Positions 17,853-27,475 of a stretch of 64,000 nucleotides of DNA are shown here, piece by piece. The position numbers and the translations under genes were made by a program. A model generated the notes under the pieces. That model saw nothing but the letters and a program-made list of their open reading frames with translations. It did not search any database and was not told the origin of the DNA. The stretch lies in assembly GCA_036387335.1 (NCBI GenBank), contig DASVTZ010000177.1, positions 2,413 through 66,412 on the forward strand, given 5' to 3'. How positions within the stretch are numbered: position 1 is the first letter of the stretch; each line of letters begins with the position of its first letter. The stretch is from Longimicrobium sp. (GTDB lineage Bacteria > Gemmatimonadota > Gemmatimonadetes > Longimicrobiales > Longimicrobiaceae).

Positions 17853-18860
17853 ATGCCCAAGAAAACGACGAAAGAGCGGCCCTGGCGCAGGGTCGGGACG
17901 CCCGAAACGGGGTTCAGCTACCTGCGAGGCGACGGAGCGCCGCTCAAGAGCAAGGCGGCGCTGGAGCGCATCCGCAAGCTGGTGATTCCGCCGGCGTGGA
18001 CGGACGTGGAGATCTCGCCCGACCCCGAGGCCAAGGTACAGGTCACCGGGATCGACAAGGCGGGGCGCAAGCAGTACCGCTACAACGCCGAGTTCACCGC
18101 CAAGCGCTCGCGCGGCAAGTACCGCAAGCTGCTCGACCTGGCGCGCTGCATCCCGCACCTGCGCGAGGCCACGGACGAGCACCTTGAGCGCGAGGGCGTA
18201 GGGCGCGAGCGCGTGCTCGCCACCATCGTGCGGCTGATGATGCGCGGGGCTTTCCGCGTGGGGAGCGAGCGCTACGCCACCGAGAACAAGACGTTCGGGC
18301 TCGCCACGCTGCGCAAGAACCACCTGCGCATCGAGGGAAACAACCTCGTCTTCAAGTACCGCGGCAAGAAGGCCGTCCACCAGCGGCAGGTGGTGGCCGA
18401 CACGCCGCTGGTGGAGGTGATGCGGGAGATCCTGGAGATCCCCGGGCCGCGCCTCTTCAAGTACCTGGACGACGAGGGAAAGGCGCACCCCGTGACCTCG
18501 CGCGACGTCAACGAGTACGTCAAGGAGATCGTGGGGAAGCGGTTCACGTCCAAGGACTTGCGGACGTGGGGCGGCACCGTGCGCGCGGCCGTCGTGCTGG
18601 CGGAGCTCGGGCCGCCCAAGAATCCGAGCGAGGCGAAGAAGAACACCCTCCTCGCCTGCAAGCTGGTCTCGGCGGACCTGGGGAACACGCCGGCCGTGTG
18701 CCGCAGCTCGTACATCCACCCCGCCGTCTTCGAGCGGTACGAGCGCGGGCTTACCATCGCGCCGCTGATGCGCAAAGAAATACGCCCCGGCGAGGAAAGC
18801 CTGCCGGGGCGCTTCTACGCGGAAGAGGCCGCGCTCATGCGCTTTCTGGAGCGCCGCTAG
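17853..18860 (+). CDS. Bacterial DNA topoisomerase IB
   Basis: IPPAWTDV, GIDKAGRKQYRY, FRVGSERY, SKDLRTW, LGNTPAVCRSSYIHP (catalytic Tyr); start at MPKKTT. Confidence 0.93.
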   Translation: MPKKTTKERPWRRVGTPETGFSYLRGDGAPLKSKAALERIRKLVIPPAWTDVEISPDPEAKVQVTGIDKAGRKQYRYNAEFTAKRSRGKYRKLLDLARCIPHLREATDEHLEREGVGRERVLATIVRLMMRGAFRVGSERYATENKTFGLATLRKNHLRIEGNNLVFKYRGKKAVHQRQVVADTPLVEVMREILEIPGPRLFKYLDDEGKAHPVTSRDVNEYVKEIVGKRFTSKDLRTWGGTVRAAVVLAELGPPKNPSEAKKNTLLACKLVSADLGNTPAVCRSSYIHPAVFERYERGLTIAPLMRKEIRPGEESLPGRFYAEEAALMRFLERR

Positions 18861-19695
18861 CCGCGGGGGCGGGCTCCATCGTCTCCACCGCGTCCTGCGG
18901 GATGGGGATCTCGTAGACGAAGTACATCTCGCCCACGCCCTCCTGTCGCACCAGCGAGAGCGACACGTTGAACACCGGCACCCCGCCCGCCGTCTTGCCC
19001 CGAAAGGTGCCGTGGTGCGCGTGCCCGTGGAAGACCACCGAGGCGCCGAAGCGGTCGATCGGCTCCGCCAGTCGGTCGTTCCCCAAGAAGGCGTGGATCG
19101 TCTCCGGCTCGCCCAGCACCGTGTCCACCGTGGGCGAGTAGTGGAGGAGCACCACGCGGATGGGCGTCGACAGCCGGCGCAGCGCGAACTCCAGCGTCTG
19201 CGCCTCCTCGATGGTGGTGCCCACGAACTCCTTGGTGGCCGCCTCGCCGAACGCGGTCAGCGTCCAGCGCCCGAAGCCGCCCATGAAGCCCTTCACCCCC
19301 GCGATCCCCACGTGCGGGTTGAGCTGGAAGGGCTCGTCGTCCAGCAGGTGCAGCCCCTCGCGCGAGCGCAGGAGCGCCTTCGCCTCTTCCACGCGGCCGC
19401 TCTCGTGGTCGTGGTTCCCCAGGACGGCCAGGATGGGGATGCGCACGTCCGCAAGCTCGCCCAGCACCACCCTGATCTCGGGCGGGGTGCCGCGCCGCGT
19501 CAGGTCGCCGGCCAGCAGCAGGACGTCGGCGTCGTCGTTGACGCGGGCGAAGTGCTCGCGGTACTTCCCCACGTCCTCCTCGCCGCAATGAAAGTCGCCG
19601 ACGGCGGCGATGCGCACCACGCCGGGGCGCGGATCGGTCCTGCGCCGCCGCTCCGCGGGCCGCCCGTCCGAAGCGGGTGTAGCCGGATCCGTCAT
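18835..19695 (-). CDS. Calcineurin-like metallophosphoesterase
   Basis: VGDFH, AGDLT, LGNHD, LLHYSP, HGHAH motifs. Confidence 0.9.
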   Translation of the reverse strand: MTDPATPASDGRPAERRRRTDPRPGVVRIAAVGDFHCGEEDVGKYREHFARVNDDADVLLLAGDLTRRGTPPEIRVVLGELADVRIPILAVLGNHDHESGRVEEAKALLRSREGLHLLDDEPFQLNPHVGIAGVKGFMGGFGRWTLTAFGEAATKEFVGTTIEEAQTLEFALRRLSTPIRVVLLHYSPTVDTVLGEPETIHAFLGNDRLAEPIDRFGASVVFHGHAHHGTFRGKTAGGVPVFNVSLSLVRQEGVGEMYFVYEIPIPQDAVETMEPAPAASGAPESA

Positions 19696-20624
19696 CCGTC
19701 GCCCTCCTCAGAGTCTGCCTCGTTCTTTTCGGCGGACGCGCGCTCGTCCCAGACTTCGCTCGCCACCAGCGCGGTGACGGAGGGGTGCTGCTCCATGCGC
19801 TGGATCAGCTCCTCGCGCTGGTCGTGGAAGCCCCACTCGTTCACGTCGATGGTGAAGGAGAAGCGCGAGATCAGGGTGCCGCGCGTCACGTCGTGCGCAT
19901 CGCCCTCGGCAGGGCGGTTGCTGGCGGCGGAGCGCGCGTTCTCCAGCAGCTCGTCCAGCACCCACGCGGGCACCTGGTCGCTGTAGCCCGGATAGACGTA
20001 GCGGAACATCATCACCTGCGACAGGAGGAGCGGCCAGTGCTCGCCCGTCTTGTCCACCAGCCGGCGCCAGTCCATCTGGTGCCCCTTGCACAGGATCAGG
20101 TGCGCGATGTCGGCCATGTCGTGCCGGTGGCGCTCGCTGATGAAGAGGCGGTGCCAGATCAGCTCCTCCACCGGCGCCACGCGCACGGGCATCGCGGCCA
20201 GGATTGCGGGCGACGAGTGCTGGAACCAGTCGCGGTCGATCAGCGCCAGCCCGTTCCCCATCCCGTAGATGACGTCGATGAAGTACGGGTCGTCGAGCGC
20301 CTTGGCCAGCCAGTGCCCCTGCTCCAGCCGGCTGCGGAAGCCGACCGTGCGAAGGACCTCCATGGCCTGCATCACCGCCTCCGGCTCGCAGAAGAGGTCC
20401 AGGTCCTTGGTCTGGCGGTAGATGCCGGTGTGCTCGTAGATGGCGTACGCGCCGGCGACCACGTACGGCACGCCCGCCTCGTTGAGCGCCGCGAGGGCAC
20501 GCTTGTAGATCTCCCGCTCCGCTTCCGGGATCCAGAAGCCGCCGTGGGTGACGGATTTCTGCTCTTCCTTGGACAGGTTCCCCATGCGGGGGAGGCGGAT
20601 GGGAACCGGTTCGGTCTTGGCCAT
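19692..20624 (-). CDS. Pol-beta-like nucleotidyltransferase family protein
   Basis: PYVVAGAYAIY..RQTKDLDLF, IDVIY, RHRHDMAD; ATGA overlap with the phosphoesterase; start at MAKTEP. Confidence 0.82.
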   Translation of the reverse strand: MAKTEPVPIRLPRMGNLSKEEQKSVTHGGFWIPEAEREIYKRALAALNEAGVPYVVAGAYAIYEHTGIYRQTKDLDLFCEPEAVMQAMEVLRTVGFRSRLEQGHWLAKALDDPYFIDVIYGMGNGLALIDRDWFQHSSPAILAAMPVRVAPVEELIWHRLFISERHRHDMADIAHLILCKGHQMDWRRLVDKTGEHWPLLLSQVMMFRYVYPGYSDQVPAWVLDELLENARSAASNRPAEGDAHDVTRGTLISRFSFTIDVNEWGFHDQREELIQRMEQHPSVTALVASEVWDERASAEKNEADSEEGDG

Positions 20625-20778
20625 TGGGAATCCTCGGGTGGTCGTCGGGGACGCGGTCAAGGCAAGGATCAGGCCCACGGGGCTCCAAGCTCGGCCCCGC
20701 CAACCCCTTGCCCCGGCCCCCTCCGCGCCCCGACATTCCGGGGCCCGCGCCACCACCACCTCCCGCTCCCCGCCGCCC

Positions 20779-21417
20779 ATGCTGGACGACCTGAAGAGAC
20801 TGTTCGCGCAGAGCTGGAACGCCCTGCTGGAGGAGACGGCGCGGCGCGATCCCGAGGACGACGTGGCGGGTCTGCTGGCCTCCATGCGCCGCGAGATGGT
20901 GCAGGCGCGCGCCGCCCTCCCGCTGTACGAGAAGAACGTGCAGGCCACCACCGCCCAGCTGGAGCGCGAGCGCCGCGCCCTGGACGACACGGTGCGCCGC
21001 GGTGGGATGGCCGAGCGCATCAACGACGCGGAGACGGCGCGCGTGGCCAAGGAGTTCGCGGACCGCCACCGCCAGCGCGTCGCCGTGCTGGAGGAGAAGC
21101 TGCGCGCCGCCAACGCCGAGCTCCAGCTTCGCCGCGCCGAGTCCGAGGAGATGATGCGGCGCTACAAGGAGGCGGACGCGAACCGTTTCATCCTGGTCGC
21201 CGAGATCCGCCGCCGCGGCGCCCACGCCGCCATCGACGCCGCCGGCCGCCGCGACCCCTCCGACCCGCTGGACGACATGTCGCGCATGGAGGAGCGCATC
21301 GCCACCGACACCGCCTACTCTGACGCGCTCAACGACCTCTCCGGCGCCCCCCCCCCCCCTCCGCGCCCCAACGTCGACGACCAGCTCGCCGAGCTGAAGC
21401 GGCGGATGGGGCAGTAG
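20779..21417 (+). CDS. PspA/IM30 family protein
   Basis: Coiled-coil pattern DPEDDV..MRREMVQAR; C-terminal VDDQLAELKRRMG. Confidence 0.85.
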   Translation: MLDDLKRLFAQSWNALLEETARRDPEDDVAGLLASMRREMVQARAALPLYEKNVQATTAQLERERRALDDTVRRGGMAERINDAETARVAKEFADRHRQRVAVLEEKLRAANAELQLRRAESEEMMRRYKEADANRFILVAEIRRRGAHAAIDAAGRRDPSDPLDDMSRMEERIATDTAYSDALNDLSGAPPPPPRPNVDDQLAELKRRMGQ

Positions 21418-21620
21418 GAGGCCCTCACCCCCGCTCGTTCCTCGCTGCCCCCTCTCCCGATAACAGGAGAGGGCTGCGCCCTCTGTTCTCGAGAGAGGGG
21501 GCGAAACGGCACCGAATCCGTAGGGGCAGACCTGCGTGTCTGCCCGCCCTTGCCCGCACCCCGATCTCCGCCCCGCACCCCAACCTCGTAGGGGCGGCCC
21601 CGCGTGGCCGCCCGTGCCCA
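21418..21620 (+). repeat. Composite repeat cassette (hairpin plus REP B-C)
   Basis: 66 bp identical to 60351-60416; REP B at 21520 and REP C at 21588. Confidence 0.85.
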
Positions 21621-21714
21621 ACCCCACACCGTCGCCCGCGGTCGGCACGGACCCAAACGAAACCGGCCCGCCGCGACAACCGTCGCGGCGGGCCGTTCCC
21701 CGTTCCCGGTTCGC

Positions 21715-22620
21715 CTAGAACCAGTCGCGGTCCCTGCGGTTCCGGTAGTTCGCGTCGTAGCGCGCCGCGAACCCGGGGTCGTCCATGTCGCCGCCCTGCG
21801 CGCCGAACTCGCCGCCGTTGTAGTACGGATCGTAGTTCGGGCCGCGGTTGTAGCCGCCCTGGCCCTGGTGCGCGCGGTACGACTCGTCCTCGCGATCCAG
21901 CCGGTCGGACGAGAGGCGGTTGTTGCGGTCGCCGCGGTTGAAGTCGGTGCGCTCCATCCCCTGCGCGCCGAAGGCCCAGCTCCGGTCGTATCCGCCGCGG
22001 TCGCGCCCCATCATCCCGCGATTGCCGAAGTCGCCGCGCCCCATGTTGCCGCCGCCCATGTTCCCCTCGCGCCCGCGCATCACGCGGATGGGAGTCTGCT
22101 GCTGGCGGTCGCCGAACGGGTCGCCGTTGTCGGTGTCGCGGCCGGGCTGGAATCCGCGGTCGTACCCCATCCCGCCCGCCGCGCCGTAGCCGCGGTCGTA
22201 CCCGAAGCTCATCCGCCCGCCGCCCATCCCGTACTCGCGGTCGTAGTTCATGGAGGCGAACCCGGCCTCGTCGCGATCGCCAGCGCCGTAGCCGTAGCCC
22301 AGGTCGCGCCCCATGCCGCCGTTGTCGTTGCCGCCCGGCACGCCGCGATACGTCATGTCGCGGTCGTACTCGTTCCCCATCGGCCGCGTGCCGGAGCCCA
22401 TGGTGTTTCCGCCGGCCCCGTACGAATCCCCGTTCCAGCCGCCGTTGGGGCGGCCCTGGTAGTTCATGCGGTCGTAGCCGCCGTTGCCGCGGTCGTGCAC
22501 GTGGTCCATCCCCTGGCGCATCGCGTTCCCCGCGCGGTCGGTCAGGTTGCGGGCGCGCCCGCCCATGTTGCCGCGGTTGCCGTTGTCGTTGCGGTCCCAG
22601 ATCGCCATGTGACCCTCCAT
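21715..22620 (-). CDS. Low-complexity Gly/Arg/Asp/Met/Asn/Tyr-rich protein
   Basis: Host-like codons; GNMGG, YDR and RGG-like repeats; aromatic C-terminus DRDWF; start may be 22608. Confidence 0.8.
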   Translation of the reverse strand: MEGHMAIWDRNDNGNRGNMGGRARNLTDRAGNAMRQGMDHVHDRGNGGYDRMNYQGRPNGGWNGDSYGAGGNTMGSGTRPMGNEYDRDMTYRGVPGGNDNGGMGRDLGYGYGAGDRDEAGFASMNYDREYGMGGGRMSFGYDRGYGAAGGMGYDRGFQPGRDTDNGDPFGDRQQQTPIRVMRGREGNMGGGNMGRGDFGNRGMMGRDRGGYDRSWAFGAQGMERTDFNRGDRNNRLSSDRLDREDESYRAHQGQGGYNRGPNYDPYYNGGEFGAQGGDMDDPGFAARYDANYRNRRDRDWF

Positions 22621-22801
22621 TGCGTGGTCCCCTCACCGGCCCGCGGAAGCGGGCCCGTCCGGTCCAAGGAGGGGCGCGGGGGTGCAATCTCCGTTCCATG
22701 CACCGGGTTGCGTACACGAGGCAGAGAGAACAGGTTACAGCGCTCGGGCGGGGGCTGGTTCCCGTCCCTCGTCTCACATCCAACGTGCCCCCGCAGTCGC
22801 C

Positions 22802-24679
22802 ATGGACCGGTCCGCCGCCGACGCCCTTCGCTCGCACCCGCTCTTCCAATCGCTCAGCGACGAGGAGCTCGGGATGCTCGCCGCGCACGCGCAGTCCAAG
22901 AGCTGCCCGGCGGGCGCGTACGTCTTCCGCGAGAGCCAGCCGCGCCGCGCGTTCGGGGTGCTGGTGAAGGGGCGGGTGCAGATCGTGAAGGGCTTCAACG
23001 GGCGGCCGCAGGTGCTGCACCTCCTCACCGAGGGCGAGTCGTTCGGTGAGGGGAGCCTGCTGGACGACTACCCGCACTCCACCAGCGGCGTGGTGACCGA
23101 GGACGCCGAGTTCGTGGAGATCCCGCGCGACGCCGTGGCCCGCATCGCAGGCGAGCACCCGCAGCTGTACGGGAAGCTGGTGACCGCCGCGGCGCAGGTG
23201 ATCTCGTCGCGTCTGCGGTACGCCAACACGCTCCTGAGCGGGCGCGGCAGCGGGTACCTTTCCGGCGAGCTGCGCACCGAGCACGACCTGCTGGGCGAGC
23301 GCCAGCTCTCCGTGGACCTGTACTACGGCGTGCAGACGCTGCGCGCCACCGAGAACTTTCCCATCACGGGGATACCGGTGTCGCAGTACCCTTACCTGAT
23401 CCACGCGCTGGCGGCCATCAAGGAAGCAGCCGCGCTGGCCAACAGGGAGCTGGACCTCCTGCCGGAAGACGTGGCCGACGCCATCGTCCGCGCCTGCCGC
23501 GAGATCCGCGACGGCGGGCTGCACGCGCAGTTCGTGGTGGACGTGGTGCAGGGCGGGGCGGGGACTTCCACCAACATGAACGCCAACGAGGTCATCGCCA
23601 ACCGCGCGCTGGAGCTGATGGGGCGGCGCAAGGGCGACTACGACGTAGTGCACCCCAACAACCACGTCAACCTCAGCCAGAGCACCAACGACGTGTATCC
23701 CACCGCGCTCAAGATCGCCGCGCACTGGGGGATCGACGACCTGGTGAGGGCGCTGGGCGAGCTGCGCGACGCCTTCTTCGCCAAGGGCGCCGAGTTCGCG
23801 GACGTCCTCAAGATGGGCCGCACGCAGCTCCAGGACGCCGTGCCCATGACGCTCGGCCAGGAGTTCAACGCCTTCGCCGTCACCATCGGCGAAGACATGG
23901 ACAGGCTGCGCGAAGCCTCCGCGCTGATCCGCGAGACCAACATGGGCGCCACCGCCATCGGCACCGGCATCAACAGCGACCCGCGCTACGCCGCCCTCGT
24001 CTGCCAGCGCCTCTCCGAGATCACGCAGCTCGACCTCGAGACGGCGCCCGACCTGATCGAAGCGACCGCGGATACGGGCGCGTTCGTGCAGGTCTCGGGC
24101 GTGCTCAAGCGGGTGGCGGTGAAGCTGAGCAAGATCTGCAACGACCTGCGCCTCCTCTCGTCGGGACCGCGCACGGGGCTCAACGAGATCAACCTGCCGC
24201 CGATGCAGCCGGGCTCCTCCATCATGCCGGGGAAGGTGAACCCGGTGATCCCGGAAGTCGTGAACCAGGTCTGCTTCCAGGTGGTGGGGAACGACCTCAC
24301 CATCACCATGGCGGCCGAGGCGGGGCAGCTGCAGCTCAACGTCTTCGAACCGGTGATCGGCTTCAACCTCTTCCAGAGCACCGACATGCTCACCCGCGCG
24401 GCCATCGTGCTGCGCGAGCGGTGCATCGTGGGCATCACCGCCAACCGCGAGCGCCTCCGCTGGATGGTGGAGAACTCCATCGGCCTGGTGACGGCGCTCG
24501 TCCCGTACATCGGCTACGAGCGCTCCACCGAAGTCGCCCTGGAAGCGCTCCAGACCGGCGCCGGCGTCTGGGACCTGATCTGCGCGAAGGGCTGGATCGC
24601 GCGCGAGGACCTCGACAAGATCCTCTCCCCCGAGCGCATGACCCGCCCACAGCCCATGCCGCACCCGGTGGAAAGCTGA
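22802..24679 (+). CDS. aspA: Aspartate ammonia-lyase with N-terminal cyclic nucleotide-binding domain
   Basis: cNMP domain (LFQSL..GRVQI..GESFGEGSLL); AspA motifs YYGVQTLRA, GGAGTSTNMNANEV, GRTQLQDAVP, GSSIMPGKVNPVIPE. Confidence 0.93.
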   Translation: MDRSAADALRSHPLFQSLSDEELGMLAAHAQSKSCPAGAYVFRESQPRRAFGVLVKGRVQIVKGFNGRPQVLHLLTEGESFGEGSLLDDYPHSTSGVVTEDAEFVEIPRDAVARIAGEHPQLYGKLVTAAAQVISSRLRYANTLLSGRGSGYLSGELRTEHDLLGERQLSVDLYYGVQTLRATENFPITGIPVSQYPYLIHALAAIKEAAALANRELDLLPEDVADAIVRACREIRDGGLHAQFVVDVVQGGAGTSTNMNANEVIANRALELMGRRKGDYDVVHPNNHVNLSQSTNDVYPTALKIAAHWGIDDLVRALGELRDAFFAKGAEFADVLKMGRTQLQDAVPMTLGQEFNAFAVTIGEDMDRLREASALIRETNMGATAIGTGINSDPRYAALVCQRLSEITQLDLETAPDLIEATADTGAFVQVSGVLKRVAVKLSKICNDLRLLSSGPRTGLNEINLPPMQPGSSIMPGKVNPVIPEVVNQVCFQVVGNDLTITMAAEAGQLQLNVFEPVIGFNLFQSTDMLTRAAIVLRERCIVGITANRERLRWMVENSIGLVTALVPYIGYERSTEVALEALQTGAGVWDLICAKGWIAREDLDKILSPERMTRPQPMPHPVES

Positions 24680-24693
24680 GCGGCTCCGCTCCC

Positions 24694-26430
24694 GTGGACG
24701 CGCCTCTCGTACGCTTCGACTCGTTCGATCCGCTGCGGGGGGCGCGCTCGTTCCGCTTCGGCGGGTTCCAGCGCATCGTGCGGGCGGACCGCGTGGAGGA
24801 CGTGCTCCGCGTGCTCGCCGAGGTTGAGGCGGCGACGGATGCGGGGCTGCACCCGGCGGGCTTCGTGGCGTACGAGGCCGCCCCCGCTTTCGATCCCGTG
24901 CTCACCACTCGCACCCCCGACCCGCGCCTCCCACTCGCCTGGTTCGCGCTCTTCTCCAGGCGCGACGAGGCCGATCCGGATGAGATACCGCACGGACGAT
25001 TCGAGCTGGGCGGTTGGGAGGCCGCCACCCCGAAATCCGCGTACCTACAGCGCGTCGGCGAGATCCGCGAGCTGATCGCGGCGGGCGACACGTACCAGGT
25101 CAACTACACCCTGCGCCTGCGCGCGCCCTTTCGAGGCGACCCGCTGGCACTGTACGACCGCTTGGCGCGCGCGCAGCGCTCCGCCTTCTGCGCGTACCTG
25201 GAGGTGGACGGCAGCGCCATTATCTCCGCGTCACCCGAGCTCTTTTTCAGCTTCCGCGACGGCGGGCTGGTGATGCGGCCGATGAAGGGCACCCGCCCCC
25301 GCGGCCGCTTCCCGACGGAGGACGTGGCGCTGGCGGCGGAGCTGCTCGCATCGCCCAAGGAGCGGGCGGAGAACCTGATGATCGTGGATCTGCTGCGGAA
25401 CGATGCGGGGCGGGTGGCGGAGCCCGGAAGCGTGCGCGTGGAGCGGATGTTCGAGGTCGAGCGCTACGAAACCGTCCACCAGCTCACCTCCACCATCCAC
25501 GCCCGCCCGCGCGCCGGCGCGCGCCTGACCGACATCTTTCGCGCGCTCTTCCCCTGCGGCAGCGTGACGGGCGCGCCCAAAGTGCGGACGATGCAGATCA
25601 TCGCGGACGTGGAGGACGAGCCGCGCGGCGTGTACTGTGGCGCCATCGGCTTCGCGTCGCCGGGGGAGGCGGTGTTCAGCGTCGCGATCCGGACGGTGGT
25701 GGTGGATCGCGATGCCGGGCGGGCGGAGCTGGGGGTGGGGAGCGGGATCACCTGGGACTCGGATGCGGCGGCGGAGCACCGTGAGTGCCTGGACAAGGCC
25801 GCCTTCACCCACCGCGCCCCCAACGACTTCCGCCTCCTGGAAACGCTCCTCTACGAACCCGGCGCGGGCTTCTTCCTGCTGGACGGGCACCTGCGGCGGC
25901 TGGCGGAATCGGCCGCCCACTTCGGCTTCCGCTTCGACCGCCGCGAGATCATCCGCGCGCTCCACAGCGGCCTGGACACGAGCGGACCGCAACGCGTGCG
26001 ACTCCTCCTGGATCGCACCGGAGAAGCCGTCGTTGAGACATCCCCGCTCGACCGCACGCCATCGCCGGTGCGCGTCGGAATCGCGCCGGAGCCGGTGGAC
26101 AGCCGCGACGCGCTCCTCTTCCACAAGACGACGAGTCGCGCCGCTTACGACACCCGCCGCGCCTCCCGCCCCGACTGCGACGACGTCCTCCTGGTGAACG
26201 AGCGTGGCGAGCTGACGGAATCCACCCTCGCCAACCTCGTTCTCCGCCTCGACGGCGCGCTCTGCACGCCGCCTCTCGCGAGCGGTCTCCTCCCCGGCGT
26301 CTTCCGCGCGCACCTCCTGCACCGCGGCGACATCCGCGAGCGCGTCCTCCGCCCCGCCGACCTGCACCGCGCCGGCGGCATCTACCTGATTAACTCCGTC
26401 CGCCGTTGGCGACGCGTGGAGTACGTTTAG
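24694..26430 (+). CDS. pabB: Aminodeoxychorismate synthase component I fused to ADC lyase (PabB-PabC)
   Basis: YQVNYT, SPELFF, KERAENLMIVDLLRND, FPCGSVTGAPK; C-terminal class IV lyase HKTT..R, TESTLANL, GLLPGVFR; GTG start inferred. Confidence 0.9.
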   Translation: MDAPLVRFDSFDPLRGARSFRFGGFQRIVRADRVEDVLRVLAEVEAATDAGLHPAGFVAYEAAPAFDPVLTTRTPDPRLPLAWFALFSRRDEADPDEIPHGRFELGGWEAATPKSAYLQRVGEIRELIAAGDTYQVNYTLRLRAPFRGDPLALYDRLARAQRSAFCAYLEVDGSAIISASPELFFSFRDGGLVMRPMKGTRPRGRFPTEDVALAAELLASPKERAENLMIVDLLRNDAGRVAEPGSVRVERMFEVERYETVHQLTSTIHARPRAGARLTDIFRALFPCGSVTGAPKVRTMQIIADVEDEPRGVYCGAIGFASPGEAVFSVAIRTVVVDRDAGRAELGVGSGITWDSDAAAEHRECLDKAAFTHRAPNDFRLLETLLYEPGAGFFLLDGHLRRLAESAAHFGFRFDRREIIRALHSGLDTSGPQRVRLLLDRTGEAVVETSPLDRTPSPVRVGIAPEPVDSRDALLFHKTTSRAAYDTRRASRPDCDDVLLVNERGELTESTLANLVLRLDGALCTPPLASGLLPGVFRAHLLHRGDIRERVLRPADLHRAGGIYLINSVRRWRRVEYV

Positions 26431-26638
26431 GTACGACGCCGCGACAGCGGCGCGAATACAATGCGCCGCGTGCTGTTCGCGCCACCGGATTCACAGGTGA
26501 AGCGACACGGTGTCCGCCTTTGCACCCTGGTGGGCGCCGTGTAGTCACATCGGGTACTTGTTGGTGATGGTTGACTCGACACCTGCGGAGCAGTGATATT
26601 GAAGTACCTTATAAAGCACCGATAAAGGGGACATAGAC

Positions 26639-26935
26639 ATGTTTGAGACCCGAGGCTCTGCGGTATTCGCCACTATGGGCGACCTGAAGATGCGCGCGAA
26701 GCAGACGATTGAGAGAGCCCAGGACAAACCCGTTTACCTGCTCCGCGACGGCGAGCCCGTCGGCGGAATCGTCAGCCTCGAAATGCTTGAGTTGCTCCAG
26801 GATGTGCTGGAGGACCGATATCTCTCGGACGTGGCCGCGCAGCGCCTGCAACGGATTCGCGACGGCGGTGAAGACCTGTTGGACGAGGACGATTTCTGGA
26901 TGAGGGCAGATCAGATCATGGGGCAGAGGAAGTAA
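26639..26935 (+). CDS. Phd/YefM-like antitoxin
   Basis: MGDLK..A..PVYLLRDGEPVGGIVSLE; acidic C-terminus. Confidence 0.78.
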   Translation: MFETRGSAVFATMGDLKMRAKQTIERAQDKPVYLLRDGEPVGGIVSLEMLELLQDVLEDRYLSDVAAQRLQRIRDGGEDLLDEDDFWMRADQIMGQRK

Positions 26936-27376
26936 GTGACGGCCGCGAAGAAGAATGACAGGGGGAGAGGCGGTCGTGGCGGCCCGAACATACCTCCTTC
27001 GGTGCCTGAACCATGGAAGCTACGCTTCTCAGCTCGCATCCTCACCGACGATTTGGGCGAGCTCGGGCACGCCGCGTACGAGAATGCGAGAAAGGCAATC
27101 CAGAAGAAGCTCCCGATAGATCCGCATCAGTACGGAGACGGGCTCCGCCCTCCGCTAGGTGGAATCCACAAGCTCAAATCGTCGCACGTCAGGGTCGCGT
27201 ACCACATCGAGGAGGCCGAGCACGAGGTCTGGATTCTCATGATCGCGGATCGAAACGTGATTTGGGACAGGCACGAGGACGAAATCCTCGGACGATTGGG
27301 TGGGATGGTCGAGTCGCAGCGGCAGCGGCGCGCCGCACAATCCGAAACGGATCAGGGGCGGACGAAGGGCCGCTGA
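26936..27376 (+). CDS. RelE/ParE-superfamily toxin
   Basis: WKLRFS..DDL..LGGIHKLKSSHVRVAYHI..VWILMIADR; abuts the antitoxin stop. Confidence 0.75.
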   Translation: MTAAKKNDRGRGGRGGPNIPPSVPEPWKLRFSARILTDDLGELGHAAYENARKAIQKKLPIDPHQYGDGLRPPLGGIHKLKSSHVRVAYHIEEAEHEVWILMIADRNVIWDRHEDEILGRLGGMVESQRQRRAAQSETDQGRTKGR

Positions 27377-27475
27377 CCGCCAAAGGGTGGTTGTTTACGT
27401 TGACTACCCAGGCTTAGCCCATTCCTTGCCGGTGCTCACTCGCGACCTCGTCTGAAAGCCCTGACCCAATAACCC

